Source: Macrostomum lignano
Lineage: Eukaryota
Length of the DNA: 64,000 bases
Assembly: GCA_002269645.1 (NCBI GenBank)
Contig: NIVC01000273.1
Coordinates: 62,001 to 126,000 of the forward strand
Direction: 5' to 3'
Shown: positions 22,901-34,830 of the stretch, in pieces
Layout: each line of letters starts with the position of its first letter
How positions within the stretch are numbered: the first letter of the stretch is position 1
Made by a program: the position numbers and the translations under genes
Notes under the pieces: generated by a model
Database searches by the model: none
Told to the model about the DNA's origin: nothing
The model's input: only the letters and a program-made list of their open reading frames with translations

Positions 22901-25900
22901 ATGTCTATCTGCAGTCCCAGTCCCAACCTACCATTTGGATTGTCTATCTGCAGTCCCAGTCCCAACCTACCATTTGGATTGTCTATCTGCAGTCCCAGTT
23001 CCCAACCTACCATTTGGATTGTCTATCTGAAGTCCCAGTTCCCAACCTACCATTTGGGATGTCAATCTGAAGTCCCAGTTCCCAACCTACCAGCATCGCA
23101 CCTTGAACATTGGGGTCACCCAGCGGTGAATATTTGAATTCCAGTTTATCAACTCTCGGTGCCACCTTCGGACTCACCTTGAGATCTCTATAGACCACGA
23201 ACCTGGAGTGCATGTGCTCAAGGCCCAGGATGACCTCAGCTGCGTAAAATTTCACCTCCTTCTCAGCGAACACGCCGTGCTGGGACAGGTGGTAGTGCAG
23301 GTCGCCGCCGTTCATGAGGTCCAGGATGAAGCACAGCTTCTCGTTGGTCTGGAAGGCGTAGGTCATGCAGACGATGAAGGGGCAGCTGTCCCCCGTGCTC
23401 ACCAGGGAGAGCATAATCCGCTCGTTCAGCGCCAGAGTCTCGCCGCCTTTCAGCTTGATTCGCTTCTTGTCCAAGCACTTCATGGCGTACATCTTGCCCG
23501 TGTCGGCCTTCCGACAGCCGTACACCTCGCCGAACCCGCCGCGACCGATGATCCGATGCACGCTGAAGTCGTTCATAGTCAGCTGCGGGAAAAATTTGAA
23601 AGTTCTCTTTTTAGCTGGGGTTTTCGTCCCGTTAAAATAATAATTGCCCAATTGGGCCAGATGTGCAGCCGACAGCTCAGCCGCAGCTATTGCGCGGCGC
23701 ATCTGAAGTCTCTGCGTGCGGCCGTTCAGTCCAAGGACTGGAGGGTCGCCACACTCACCCTCAATTACCCCGGCTAATGCTGGCACCCATTTTACAGCTG
23801 GGTGAACTGAAGCAACATAATGTCTTGCTCATAATATATAGTTCCGAGTGGGATCGCGAATCGAACCCCCGACCTTCAAGTCGTGAGTCCGACGCTCTGA
23901 CCACGAGGCCACAACCCCGTAGAACCTCAGACTGCAAGTGCATGAATGCACAACCAAAGCCGCTGCAAGATGGCCAGGTGTGCAGACAGGTGCGTCTGAT
24001 GTGAGAGTGTGGATTGGGGGTCTGAACTCTCCACCTGCATCCCTAGCATCATGGCCTTCATGCGTGTTGTTACTCAAAAATGCGGCTCCCCAGCCCAGGG
24101 TTGAGAAGGCATATTAAGGACAGATAGAACTCATTATTAAACAGAGCGGCTCTCCATTAGCAGCGGCACCGATCAGCCTGACCGGCATCAATGAGCATTA
24201 AAAATAGAGCCGCCGGGCTGAATAGGGGAGACCGGCGCGATCATAAAAGCTGGCGGGCGGCTCTCTCAGCAACAACAGCAAGGCGGCTGCGACTTCGCGC
24301 CCCTCCCTCCGGCTCAGCGCCCCTTTCTCCTGCGCTCTGGCGGAGCCTACTGCCCCCCCCCGCCGGCAGCTCCCAGCGGCCCCTCAGAGCCACCCGATTT
24401 TGATCAAACAAGCGGCAAGCAGTAAATCAAATTGCGGCATTATGGGAGCCAGGCGAGGGCCGGTAGGGAAGACCGGGGCAGGGGATCAGCACAGTCTGGA
24501 GAGAGTAAGACAGCAGCTGTTTTTAGTAAGCAAATTATTCAGCTATATCGCTCCTCCCTGAGTCTGCTCAGCCTGTTCGCCAGACCTTAAAAGGGCGCAG
24601 AATTGCCGCTGCCCGCTGCAGCAGTTCATCCATTTTTATCATCTGTAGCTGTGTTTGTTTGAGTCCGGCCTGCGCCATGAGACCGAACCAGGGCTGAGCG
24701 GGCGGGTATGGTTGGCCTTTCTGTACAAGTGCAGGCTTGAGCAGTTCCCCTAATTGCCCATTCAAACATGCGCAGCACAAAATGATACAAAATCGCACCG
24801 CCTACAGAACAGGCAACACCCACAATAATTCACATGCGCAGAAACAGAATAGTGTCCGCTCAGAAACGTGTGGAATATTGAGCTGTATTGATGCATGCAG
24901 ACTCACAATGCACCATGTTCAGTCTCATTCAGACTCACAATGAGACATGTTCAGTCTCATGCAGACTCACAATGAGACATGGTCAGTCGCATGCAGACTC
25001 AATGAGACATGTTGAGTCTCATGCAGACTCACAATGCACTATGTTCAGTCTCATTCAGACTCACAATGAGACATGTTCAGTCTCATGCAGACTCAATGAG
25101 ACATGTTGAGTCTCATGCAGACTCACAATGAGACATGTTGAGTCTCATGCAGACTCCCATAAAGACGCAGGTCTCTCCTAAGGGGACAAGAGAACGATGT
25201 GGCCTGCAGCGGCTTCTTTGAGAAGCAGAGCCTCCCTCTGCTATGTGCGCCTCCCCGCCCCCACTGTCGCACCGAGCTCTCGATCGCCAGCCACCCCTGT
25301 GAGCAGGGCGCGGATAATCGATTGGCTAAAAAAAGAGGCAGTCGGACAGGTAAGGCGAAGGAGGCGAGCCCGATCCCGGCGGCCCCTCCCTTATTTTGCC
25401 ACCCTCTCACTTTGCCGACTACTCGCGATCCTCTCGCTCGCTTTGTGGCTCTTGAGGCAGGACAAAGTTGCGCACGCGGGGCGAGAATGACTGCGGGAGG
25501 GAGGCCTCAACCCAGACCAGCATTAGCAGCTCTGACTGACAACTCTGATGGCTTCGCACAAACGAATCCCTCATCGGCCTTCTTTAATCCCCTTCGCTGG
25601 GTGGAGGGATGGGGCTCGTTTGGCAATTTTTTCTTCGCCCTGCAGCTCAAAAGCTGCTTAAGGCGGGCTGCGGGCCCGGCTGCGTCCAGGCAGGCGCTTC
25701 GGGGAGACACTTTTGGCCTCTTGTAGTCGGCCGGAAGCCGGGCAAGGGCGGAAGTGCAGCTTGAGACCGGCGGGTGGGGGGAGGCAAATTGAATCCTCGG
25801 TGCCCTGCTCAGACTGAAACAGCCGCCCCTCCCCTTGCCGCCACTGATATTATGGCGCAGTGGCAACAACAGCAATGTTGCAGTTTTACAATGACGATTT

Positions 25901-27511
25901 TACAACCTTACTCAATTCTAGAATTGTTGCCTGAGTGCAGCTGTACCGGTGAGCATTTGAGCACGAGGGGGGAATTGAATTGGAATTGCACGAATTCAAA
26001 TTAAAAAATATGAGCTGGTAAAACAAACTCACGCAGTCAGCTAAAAGGGATACCGCGCAGCCATGCAATTTTATGGAAACTTCCAATTGCCCTGGGCCTG
26101 GGGAGGGCCCTGGATCTGGGGTACGGAATTTGGGGAGGCTGTTGCACCTGCACTCAGTTTTATGACTCACCCGCTCAGACTGGCTGGAAGCAGATCCAGG
26201 AGCAGGGAACTTCTAAACTTAACATTGGTTATCTTCAGAGCTCTCTGTGCAGAATTTTATTAAAAAACGCCATGAATGTTTACAAAAATGTTTACTTGCC
26301 CTGACCGGTATCAAGCCTAATGTGCGGGAGGATGTGCCTAAGGACGGGAGTGGCAATGGAGAAACTTCACTACACGACAGCCTGAAAGCGCGAGATATTC
26401 AGGGCTGAGTGACTGTAAAGTATGATTGTTGATAACAGAAATTGTTGCTGGCAATAACAGCAAAATTGGAAACTTAAACTCTTTTACAACCTCAGAGTGC
26501 TGCGCCAACCCGCACCCGATGGGACCAGCCCAATGCTCACATTAATGTTCAGCTCCAGGTTCTTCCACTGGCAGAAGCGGGTGAACCTGTCCGATTTGAG
26601 GAACGGCTCAAAGCCCTCCTTCTCGAGGACGTCGCGGATTTCCGCGGTGTACGGCCGGAAAGTGTCCTGCGGCAGGAAGTTGGACCGACGAGAGGCCGTG
26701 AGCAGTTCCTGGACATTTTTCACCAGCGACATGCTGAAGCGGTGGCTTTGAGCCAGCAGTTCCTGCATGATGAATGAGTCGTATATGTTCCTCCCCAGCT
26801 TCAGGCGCATCTCTTCGCAGTCGAGCTCTTCGAATTTTTGTACCTCCTCGTAGAAGGAGAGCACCTGGGCGAGCTCCTCCATTTGCTGCTCTACAAATTC
26901 TTTGAAGAGCAGAAAGCCAAGGCGTTGGTTGAAGATCTTGTCGAATGTGAGTTCGCCAGTCTTGCTGAGGTACTTGATCATCACGCTTCGAATGCTAAAA
27001 ATTTGAAAGCAAAAAATTCAAAATTTCCCAAGCCTGGCTTGTACGCATTGATATCACTTTTTAATTTTAAATATTAAATTAAAAAGTTAAAAATAAAAAC
27101 AAAAACTCTAAGCTAGAAAGCATGTGAAAGCGAGAAATCCTGAGTTCAAACTCAGAGCTCATTAATTATTTCGTTATTGACATACCCTAAGTGAAGTCAT
27201 ATGAAAAAGCCATCATTGCTAATGCAAGAAAAAGGAGTAGAAAATCAAAGGAAGTAGTTAACAATAACTCACTCTTTGATATTTTGGTTGTGAAAAACCT
27301 AATAGTTTTTAGAAAACTTCTATAAAGCAGTCTAGAAGTATCAGTAACTTAATTTAGTTTTGAATTCGATCAATTTTCTGAATAAGTTTTTGACTTACCT
27401 TGGATCAGGAAGAGTAATTTTCTTGCTAGCTCTGGCAGCTGGAGTTGATTTTGATTTTTCCATTGCCATAAGAAAACTGACATCAGCCAATACTGCTTCC
27501 AAGTCAGCCAT
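16966..27511 (-). CDS. GRK2: G protein-coupled receptor kinase 2/3 (beta-ARK) ortholog, about 723 aa, 6 coding exons
   Basis: Exons 27511-27399 ([37 protein letters not shown]), 26994-26541 (RH/RGS domain), 23582-23178 ([20 protein letters not shown]), 21363-20838 ([22 protein letters not shown]), 20366-19927 (AGC tail and PH domain) and 17199-16966 ([12 protein letters not shown]..stop). All junctions are GT-AG and phase-consistent. Confidence 0.96.
17230..17780. repeat. Intronic 20-bp minisatellite (ACCCTCCGCCTGCCTCTGCT)n
   Basis: In GRK intron 5, next to the last acceptor. Confidence 0.95.
18222..18670. repeat. Intronic 63-bp minisatellite
   Basis: Unit ATCTCTAATCTCACACCAGCCATCTCTAATCTTACATCAATCC..., about 7 copies in GRK intron 5. 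Confidence 0.9.
19300..19910. repeat. Intronic 53-bp minisatellite with an embedded 16-bp palindrome (ATGTACAATTGTACAT)
   Basis: About 11 contiguous copies without spacers, in GRK intron 5. Confidence 0.95.
21408..22040. repeat. Intronic 21-bp minisatellite (GAGATCCCACTGCCTCTAATG)n
   Basis: About 30 copies in GRK intron 3. Confidence 0.95.
22860..23095. repeat. Intronic 39-bp minisatellite
   Basis: GTCTATCTGCAGTCCCAGTCCCAACCTACCATTTGGATT, about 6 copies in GRK intron 3. Confidence 0.9.
23655..23915 (-). mobile_element. tRNA-headed SINE (fuller copy) in GRK intron 2
   Basis: The minus strand reads GTGGCCTCGTGGTCAGAGCG (A box), GGTTCGATTC (B box), TGAGCAAGACA, TTCACCCAGCTGTAAAATGGG (CORE-like central block), then the same 3' tail as 12135-12295. 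Confidence 0.8.
24890..25160. repeat. Intronic ~32-bp degenerate minisatellite (CATGCAGACTCACAATGAGACATGTTCAGTCT)
   Basis: Tandem copies in GRK intron 2. Confidence 0.85.
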
Positions 27512-29289
27512 TATATATTTTATGCGATTATCTTGCAAACTTGAGGTATTGATGCACGTGTTGTACACTCTTTCAAAGGGATTCGAGATTTTAGCGACTT
27601 ATGTCAATTGCAAAAATGGTGACAGCTAAAACCTGCTTCCAGTGTCAGGTTTAGTTAAATAGAGGCGATCTAACCTGAATAGTTCATACATATGTAAATA
27701 TAATACTTTTTGCAGGCATTAATTACCTGCGATTCGATGACCGAGAACTAACCTACAACACCTGTCTGGCTTAAGCCAAAAGCACATCGACGTTGAAAAT
27801 TCAGCAGGACAAAAGTTAAAAGTTATCGCTGTAAATATATTAACAAGTAAAACAAATCTACAAAAAAATTGTAACTTTTAAGTGTAACTAGATGATATAT
27901 ATATTCTGTAGATAAAATATATTTTTTTAACTTATAGCTGTAATACATAAATAGAAAACTCAGCTAAAAATCTAATTTTCGTGCTTTAATTAATTTTCAC
28001 AAACATACAACTTTAATTTTATAAATTGGTTGGTACATTTGCTAAGACAATTTATCAAGTCCATAGGGCATAGTAGTTTTACTAAAACTTAAGCAAGTAA
28101 GTGGATACTTGTGTTTTTTGGATTACTTCTTACTCTTTATCCGCATTATGACCAGCTAGATCACATGTATATCGAGGGTCTACAGTTAATCTATCTAAAT
28201 CTTGTGTGTCTAAAATCAACAAATCTACTTTATTTGCATTTGCTTGATCTTTTCTTAGGCCTTAGAAATAGATAGATAGTAGGTACATTGTTTAAAACCC
28301 AATAACAATTGAGCGGGTTTTCTATCCATGGGCATATTCTTATAAAATGGTTGTTCCTTCTGGGACATTTGCTACTTTTCTATTTTTTATTATTTAGCTT
28401 ATGTCTGCAGATTTTGATATTTTTGTTTATTTTAATTAAGATAAGCTTAGCTTAGGTTTTTTACGATAGAATTTAAGCTTTAAAATACTTAAGATTAATG
28501 AAGTAAACAACAAAGTCTAGTCTAGCCTATGTCTAGCCTAGCTATAAGGGTAAGAGCTTAAGCCAACTTAGCCAAAGTATATACAATACATTAATATTGA
28601 CTATTGATAATGCTATTACCATTTTATAAAAATAAGATTTACAAAAATAGATCCAAAATAAAGGAAATATCTTTCTATTTTAAACTAAGTTTTGTTAATT
28701 TTTATATTCCATTTTGCAATTTTTAGTTATCCATTTTTATATTTTTATAACTATATTTATTTGTATAATATAGGCCTAGTTGTAAGATTCTAATAAAAAT
28801 CAAATATATGTATATACTAAATTTCCTTTTAGCTTGTAAAATTATCTAATTTTGATAAGAAAAGTTATTTAGTCTTAATATATGAGGGCTGTCCTAAAAG
28901 TAGTGTTATTTTTCATTATATCTCTCATTATAATGATCCAAATAATATCATTTTGCACAAATTTATAGCAGCAATTCTCTTCTTTAATTAACTTTAAGAT
29001 CTTTAAAATTAGACACTAGAAACAAAATTTATGAACTAAAATGTAGTAGGAGCTTGACTATTACCTCCTAATTGTTAATATTGTTAATTGAAATTGTTAA
29101 TATTTATAAATACTATAGTTAATTTGAAAGCCATTATATTGCAACTCTCTTTAACAACTATTGTTCTTCATTTTCTATTGCTTATCTTACTTGAATTTGA
29201 ATTATACCTTTTTAATTTTGCATCCCCTAGCCTACTTGCCTTTATCACCTAATGGCAAACTATTTGTCTGCATTTACCAAAGCTTTCCT

Positions 29290-29815
29290 GACTTTGCATC
29301 ATCTAGTCTCACTAACTCTGCATCACCTATTGTCCTGACTCTGCATCACCTATTGTCCTGACTCTGCATCACCTATTGTCCTGACTCTGCATCACCCAAC
29401 CGCTGACACTATATCATCAAGTCTCCCTGTGTCTGCATCACCCAGCCTCCTCGACTCTGCATCACCCAGCCTCCTTGACTCTGCATCACCCAGTCTCCCT
29501 GACTCTGCATCACCTAGCCTCTTTGCCTCTGCATCACCCAGTATCCTAGACTCTGCATCACCCAGTCTCCCTGACTCTGCATCACCCAGCCTCACTGACT
29601 TTGCATCATCAAGTCTCCCTGCCTCTGCATCACCGACACCCAGCCTCCTTGACTCTGCATCACCCAGCCTCCCTGACTCTGCATCACCCAGTCTCCCTGA
29701 CTCTGCATCATCAAGTCTCCCTGCCTCTGCATCACCGACACTCAGCCTCCTTGACTCTGCATCACCCAGCCTCTTTGACTCTGCATCACCCAGCCTCCTT
29801 GACTCCGCACTGCCC
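29290..29815. repeat. ~24-bp minisatellite (GACTCTGCATCACCCAGCCTCCTT)n upstream of the RNF144 coding exon
   Basis: Ends just before the acceptor TTCCCGCAG (29828), so it is probably in a 5'-UTR intron. Confidence 0.9.
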
Positions 29816-29835
29816 AACCTTCCCGCAGCCGACAG

Positions 29836-31503
29836 ATGCTGCAGAGGCTGTCAGGCAGGAAGCGCAGCGGCCGCAGCCAGTGCAAGCTGTGCATGGAAGA
29901 CGTTGCTAAGTCGGACATGATGACGCTAAGAGACTGCGGTTGCGCCTTCTGCCGGCCCTGCATGGAGCGCTACGTGACGCTGTTGATCAGAGAGGGCAAC
30001 GTCGGCTTCATCAGCTGCCCAGACGGCGCCTGCTCCCGCATCGGCGAGCTGCTCCCAGCGAGATCGAGTCGCTGTGCTCTGCCCAGCTGTACAGGCGCTA
30101 CTTGCACCTGTGCTTCCTCAAGGAAGTTGAAATGGACCCCAGGCGCACCTTCTGCCCCAGAGCCGGCTGCGAGACCGTCTTCAGCGTGCCCGGGCCTCGC
30201 GACCGGAAGTTCTCGCTAGGCCGGCGTCGCCGGAAACGTCCGGAGCGCGGCTGGCGAGTGTCCTGCCCGGCCTGCGGCTTGGTGTTCTGCTCCCGCTGCA
30301 AGCTGGAGTGGCACCGCGGCATCGACTGCGACCAGCAGCTGGCCAGGACGCACGGCATCTTGTTCACGCAGCCGCAGGACGCGCCTGTGAAGCGGTGCCC
30401 AGTGTGCGCCATCCCAATCGAGCGGGATCACGGATGCGCCCAGATGATGTGCAAACGGTGCAGGCACATCTTCTGCTGGTATTGCCTGGCCAAGCTGGAT
30501 GTGAGTACCCTGTGTACTTTGCGCATTCTGCTCTGTACTTTTGGCCGGAACTCTTCATATCATTTGGACTCGCCTCTGTTGTTTGCTGATCTGCCTCTGC
30601 CCTCCTCTGCTTCTGGAGTTTGTGTTTATTATCAGTGCCTACGTATATTGTGTATCATGCCTTCCACTCCCTTCCTTTCCTTACTCCTTCCAATGTTTCC
30701 CCTCTTCCTCTGAATCCCTCTCTCCTTCCTTCTCTCCCTCCCTCCCTCCCTCTCTTCTCCCCCCTCTTCTCCCCTCTCCCTCTCTTCTCCTTTTCCCTCT
30801 CCCTCTTCTCCCTCTTCCTTTCCCTCGCTCTCACCTTCTTCTCCCTCTTCTCGCTCCCTCTCACCTTCTCTTCCATGTTCTCTCTTTCTCTTCTCCCCTC
30901 CCTGTCTCTACTTCTCCCTCTCCCCCCTCTCCCTGTCCCCCACTTTCATTCTTATATCTTTCATCTGCCTGTGTCCGTTCCCCGGGGCCAGCCGCCATAT
31001 CTGACAACACGCAGCTGGTTGCAGGTATCGAACTCTGCCCGTGTCTGCAATGCTTGTGCTGCTCTCAGCCTCACAGCTTCCTGTATTGTCGGTTTGAGTG
31101 CCAGAGTCCTTAAAAATAGCAGCATTCAATTCTGGGCATTGGATCTGTTCAACAGTCTGGCTGCTATTTATAGAGCCGATGCCATGCCAGATTAGTTCAC
31201 TTTCTGGCCGCCCGCTACCCTATTGGAATGCATTCGCTGTGTCTGTATCGAAATTCGCGGCCTGCGCACTGCACTAAGTCTAGTATTTCATATAGGGCTT
31301 TTAACTGAAGAAATTGTACCGATTTTACACTTTCGGGGATCGAAGCTACCGAGGCTCCAACATCTGCGCCTGCTAGTTTTAATCCTCAAATTGCGCCCTT
31401 TTTTACTTTGCAGGGCGACTTCTTTCTTCGTCACTATGACAACGGGCCGTGCCGGTACAAACTGGGCCACTCAAGGGCTTCGCTGATGCTGCACCGGGTT
31501 CAG

Positions 31504-31535
<32 letters not shown>

Positions 31536-32994
31536 GTGTGTGTGTGTGTGTGCTTTAGCTTCCGTGTCCCCGCAGTTCCGGACTCGATCTCCGGTGTGCT
31601 TTAGCTTCCGTGTCCCCGCAGTCCTGGACTCGATCTCCGCTGTGCTTTAGCTTCCGTGTCCCCGCAGTCCTGGACTCGATCTCCGCTGTGCTTTAGCTTC
31701 CGTGTCCCCGCAGTCCTGGACTCGATCTCCGGTGTGCTTTAGCTTCCGTGTCCCCGCAGTCCTGGACTCGATCTCCGCTGTGCTTTAGCTTCCGTGTCCC
31801 CGCAGTCCTGGACTCGATCTCCGGTGTGCTTTAGCTTCCGTGTCCCCGCAGTCCTGGACTCGATCTCCGCTGTGCTTTAGCTTCCGTGTCCCCGCAGTCC
31901 TGGACTCGATCTCCGCTGTGCTTTAGCTTCCGTGTCCCCGCAGTCCTGGACTCGATCTCCGGTGTGCTTTAGCTTCCGTGTCCCCGCAGTCCTGGACTCG
32001 ATCTCCGCTGTGCTTTAGCTTCCGTGTCCCCGCAGTCCTGGACTCGATCTCCGCTGTGCTTTAGCTTCCGTGTCCCCGCAGTCCTGGACTCGATCTCCGC
32101 TGTGCTTTAGCTTCCGTGCTCTCGCAGTCCTGGACTCGATCTCCGTTGTGCTTTAGCTTCCGTGTCCCCGCAGTCCTGGACTCGATCTCCGCTGTGCTTT
32201 AGCTTCCGTGTCCCCGCAGTCCTGGACTCGATCTCCGCTGTGCTTTAGCTTCCGTGTCCCCGCAGTTCCGGACTCGATCTCCGCTGTGCTTTAGCTTCCG
32301 TGTCCCCGCAGTCCTGGACTCGATCTCCGTTGTGCTTTAGCTTCCGTGCTCTCGCAGTTCCGGACTCGATCTCCGCTGTGCTTTAGCTTCCGTGTCCCCG
32401 CAGTCCTGGACTCGATCTCCGCTGTGCTTTAGCTTCCGTGCTCTCGCAGTCCTGGACTCGATCTCCGTTGTGCTTTAGCTTCCGTGTCCCCGCAGTCCTG
32501 GACTCGATCTCCGCTGTGCTTTAGCTTCCGTGTCCCCGCAGTCCTGGACTGTATGCCCAACAAGCAGCCCTAGCGAATCCCACAGTGTTGCTAATATTGA
32601 CAAGCGATTCGCCGTGCAGGTTGGCGCCATCTTCTTCGGCTTCTCCCTGCTGGTGGTGATCGTCAGCCCCTTCGTGCTGCTAGCGGCCCCCTTCATCCTC
32701 TGCTGCAAGTGCCGCTCCCTCTGCCGCCGCTGCCGAGCCGACGCCAACGATGGCGACTCGTGCGTCGGCGACGAGACCGGAGGCTGCGGCGGCAGCGGCG
32801 ACGCGCCCGCCTTCACCGACGCCACGCTGCGCCTGTTTGGCGCCGAAGCGGCTTCCAGCGAAGGCGATTCGGCGATCGCACTGACGCCGGCGGCAGCGGT
32901 GGCCGAGGCGGGCGCCGCCGCGGAAGCGGAGACGCGGGTGGAGGTGCAGGTTGTGCGGGCTGAGGTCACGGCAGAGGCGGAGGCTGACTGCTGA
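29836..32994 (+). CDS. RNF144: RNF144-type RBR E3 ubiquitin ligase with C-terminal TM helix (one apparent 1-nt frameshift near 30055)
   Basis: Exons 29836-30500 ([20 protein letters not shown]; IBR FCPRAGC..CPAC..FCSRCK..WH..C; RING2 [30 protein letters not shown]), 31414-31503 ([22 protein letters not shown]) and 32620-32994 ([31 protein letters not shown]). These closely match the RNF144A/B motifs. Confidence 0.92.
30690..30950. repeat. CT-rich low-complexity tract in RNF144 intron 1
   Basis: Nearly pure pyrimidine runs. Confidence 0.85.
31505..32550. repeat. (GT)n microsatellite followed by a 46-bp minisatellite filling RNF144 intron 2
   Basis: Unit TGTGCTTTAGCTTCCGTGTCCCCGCAGTCCTGGACTCGATCTCCGC, about 21 copies. 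Confidence 0.95.
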
Positions 32995-33279
32995 GACGGT
33001 CATCTGTGATACAGCAGCCGGACTTCCCCTGGCACAGGTGGAGACTTTTTTAATGCACCTGTAAATCGCGACTCGCGCAGATTAAGAGTCTGATTTACTT
33101 TGATGCCTATTGTGAGCACTTTGCTGTCCTGTTGTTAGCTGTGACCTGAGCTTAGATATGGGAAGCCTTGGCAGCCCGGCTGTGTGCCCGTCCGGCAAAT
33201 TGTGGCTGAAAGTCTTTGATTTTGTTTTGTCTCATGATCCACCTGAATCTCATCACTCCTGTCTCCCTCTATCTTACCC

Positions 33280-33760
33280 CTCTTACCCATTTTCTCTCCC
33301 CCATATCTCCCTGTCTTACTCTTTTTCTCTTGCTACGAGTACATTTGAGGATCTCACTCTATCTCTTTCTAGATCTCCCTACCTCACTCTTTATATCTCC
33401 CTACATCTCCCAATCTCACTCTTCATCTCCCTAAGTCTCCCTGTCTCTCTCCCTACATCTCCCTATCTCACTCTTCATCTCCCTAAGCCTCACTCTTTAT
33501 CTCTCCCTACATCTCCTTATCTCACTCTTTATCTCTCCCTACATCTCCTTATCTCACCCTTCATCTCCCTACATCTCCCTGTCTCACTCTTTATCTCTCC
33601 CTACATCTCCCTGTCTCACTCTTTATCTCTCTCTACATCTCCCTGTCTCACTCTTTATCTCTCCCTACATCTCCCTGTCTCACTCTTTATCTCTCCCTAC
33701 ATCTCCCTGTCTCACTCTTTATCTTTCTCTACATCTCTCTATCTCACCCTTCCCTTTCCT
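33280..33760. repeat. CT-rich degenerate minisatellite (CTACATCTCCCTGTCTCACTCTTTATCTCTC)
   Basis: Tandem copies downstream of RNF144. Confidence 0.85.
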
Positions 33761-34387
33761 GGAAATCTCAATTTATATTTCGCTAGGCGAAAGTTCTTTA
33801 GCTAGTTGTCTCCTACCTAAATCCCACATATTTTCCCCAATTTTCCATTAGTCTCACTCTTTTTCTCCCTACATCTTATATAGTACCATCCTTTTCTCAC
33901 AATAATCTCGCTAATCCCAATCTCAACAGTGTTCATATCCCTCTGAGTATCCCTCTGAGTGAATGTCCTTCTGAGCGCAACTATCGCATTATTTGAAATT
34001 CTTCACTACGCAGTTATTCGCAGCACTTAAGCTGAATGTACTTTTGCAAATCGGCGTATTCTATCTCTTTTGCATTTGTTCGCTCCGCTGTTCGGCCCGG
34101 GCGGACAAGTTCCTGTTGCATATTTGTTTTAGTCGATCAAATATGGGAACAATGGCTTGGCTTGTTTTGTAGAGTTTTATTAAGTAGTATAAAAAGGATT
34201 TTTGCCGCGAAAATTGTAATCTTCAGCTTAGCTTTCTCAGTCAGTGCGAGCGAATCAGCTTATTATTTTGTATTTAAATCTGCTTAGTCAGACTGCTTCG
34301 ATTGCAGCAGCTTTTTGTCCTTCATCTGATCGTCTTTTTCTCTGCTTAACCTTCAAGTAGCGCTGCTGTTTTGCACGCTGGCTAAGC

Positions 34388-34830
34388 TGGTGGGGAGATG
34401 GGTGGTTGGTGGGGAGATGGGTGGTTGGTGGGGAGATGGGCGGTTGGGTGAGGAGATGGGCGGTTGGTGGGGAGATGGGCGGTTGGGTGAGGAGATGGGT
34501 GGTTGGGTGGGGAGATGGGCGGTTGGGTGAGGAGATGGGTGGTTGGGTGGGGAGATGGGCGGTTGGGTGAGGAGATGGGCGGTTGGTGGGGAGATGGGCG
34601 GTTGGGTGAGGAGATGGGTGGTTGGGTGGGGAGATGGGCGGTTGGGTGAGGAGATGGGCGGTTGGTGGGGAGATGGGTGGTTGGGTGGGGAGATGGGTGG
34701 TTGGGTGGTGAGGCGGGTTGTTAGTTGAGGAGGTGGGTGGGTTGTTAGGTGGGGAGACGGATTGTTAGGTGGGGAGACGGGAGGTTAGGTGGGCAGGCAT
34801 GAGGTTGGGTGGGGAGACGGGAGGTTAGGT
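34388..34830. repeat. G-rich degenerate minisatellite (GGGAGATGGGCGGTTGGGT)n
   Basis: Tandem copies, bracketed by a 13-bp inverted repeat (see findings). Confidence 0.85.

Noticed and set aside
23583-23786. N-terminal extension of the kinase ORF 23007-23786
   Set aside because: It reads through intron and SINE sequence; the real exon starts at 23582 and the true GRK2 N-terminus is at 27511.
23850-23915. tRNA gene (also 12135-12200)
   Set aside because: A and B boxes are present, but there is no full cloverleaf or terminator and both copies continue into a shared SINE body.
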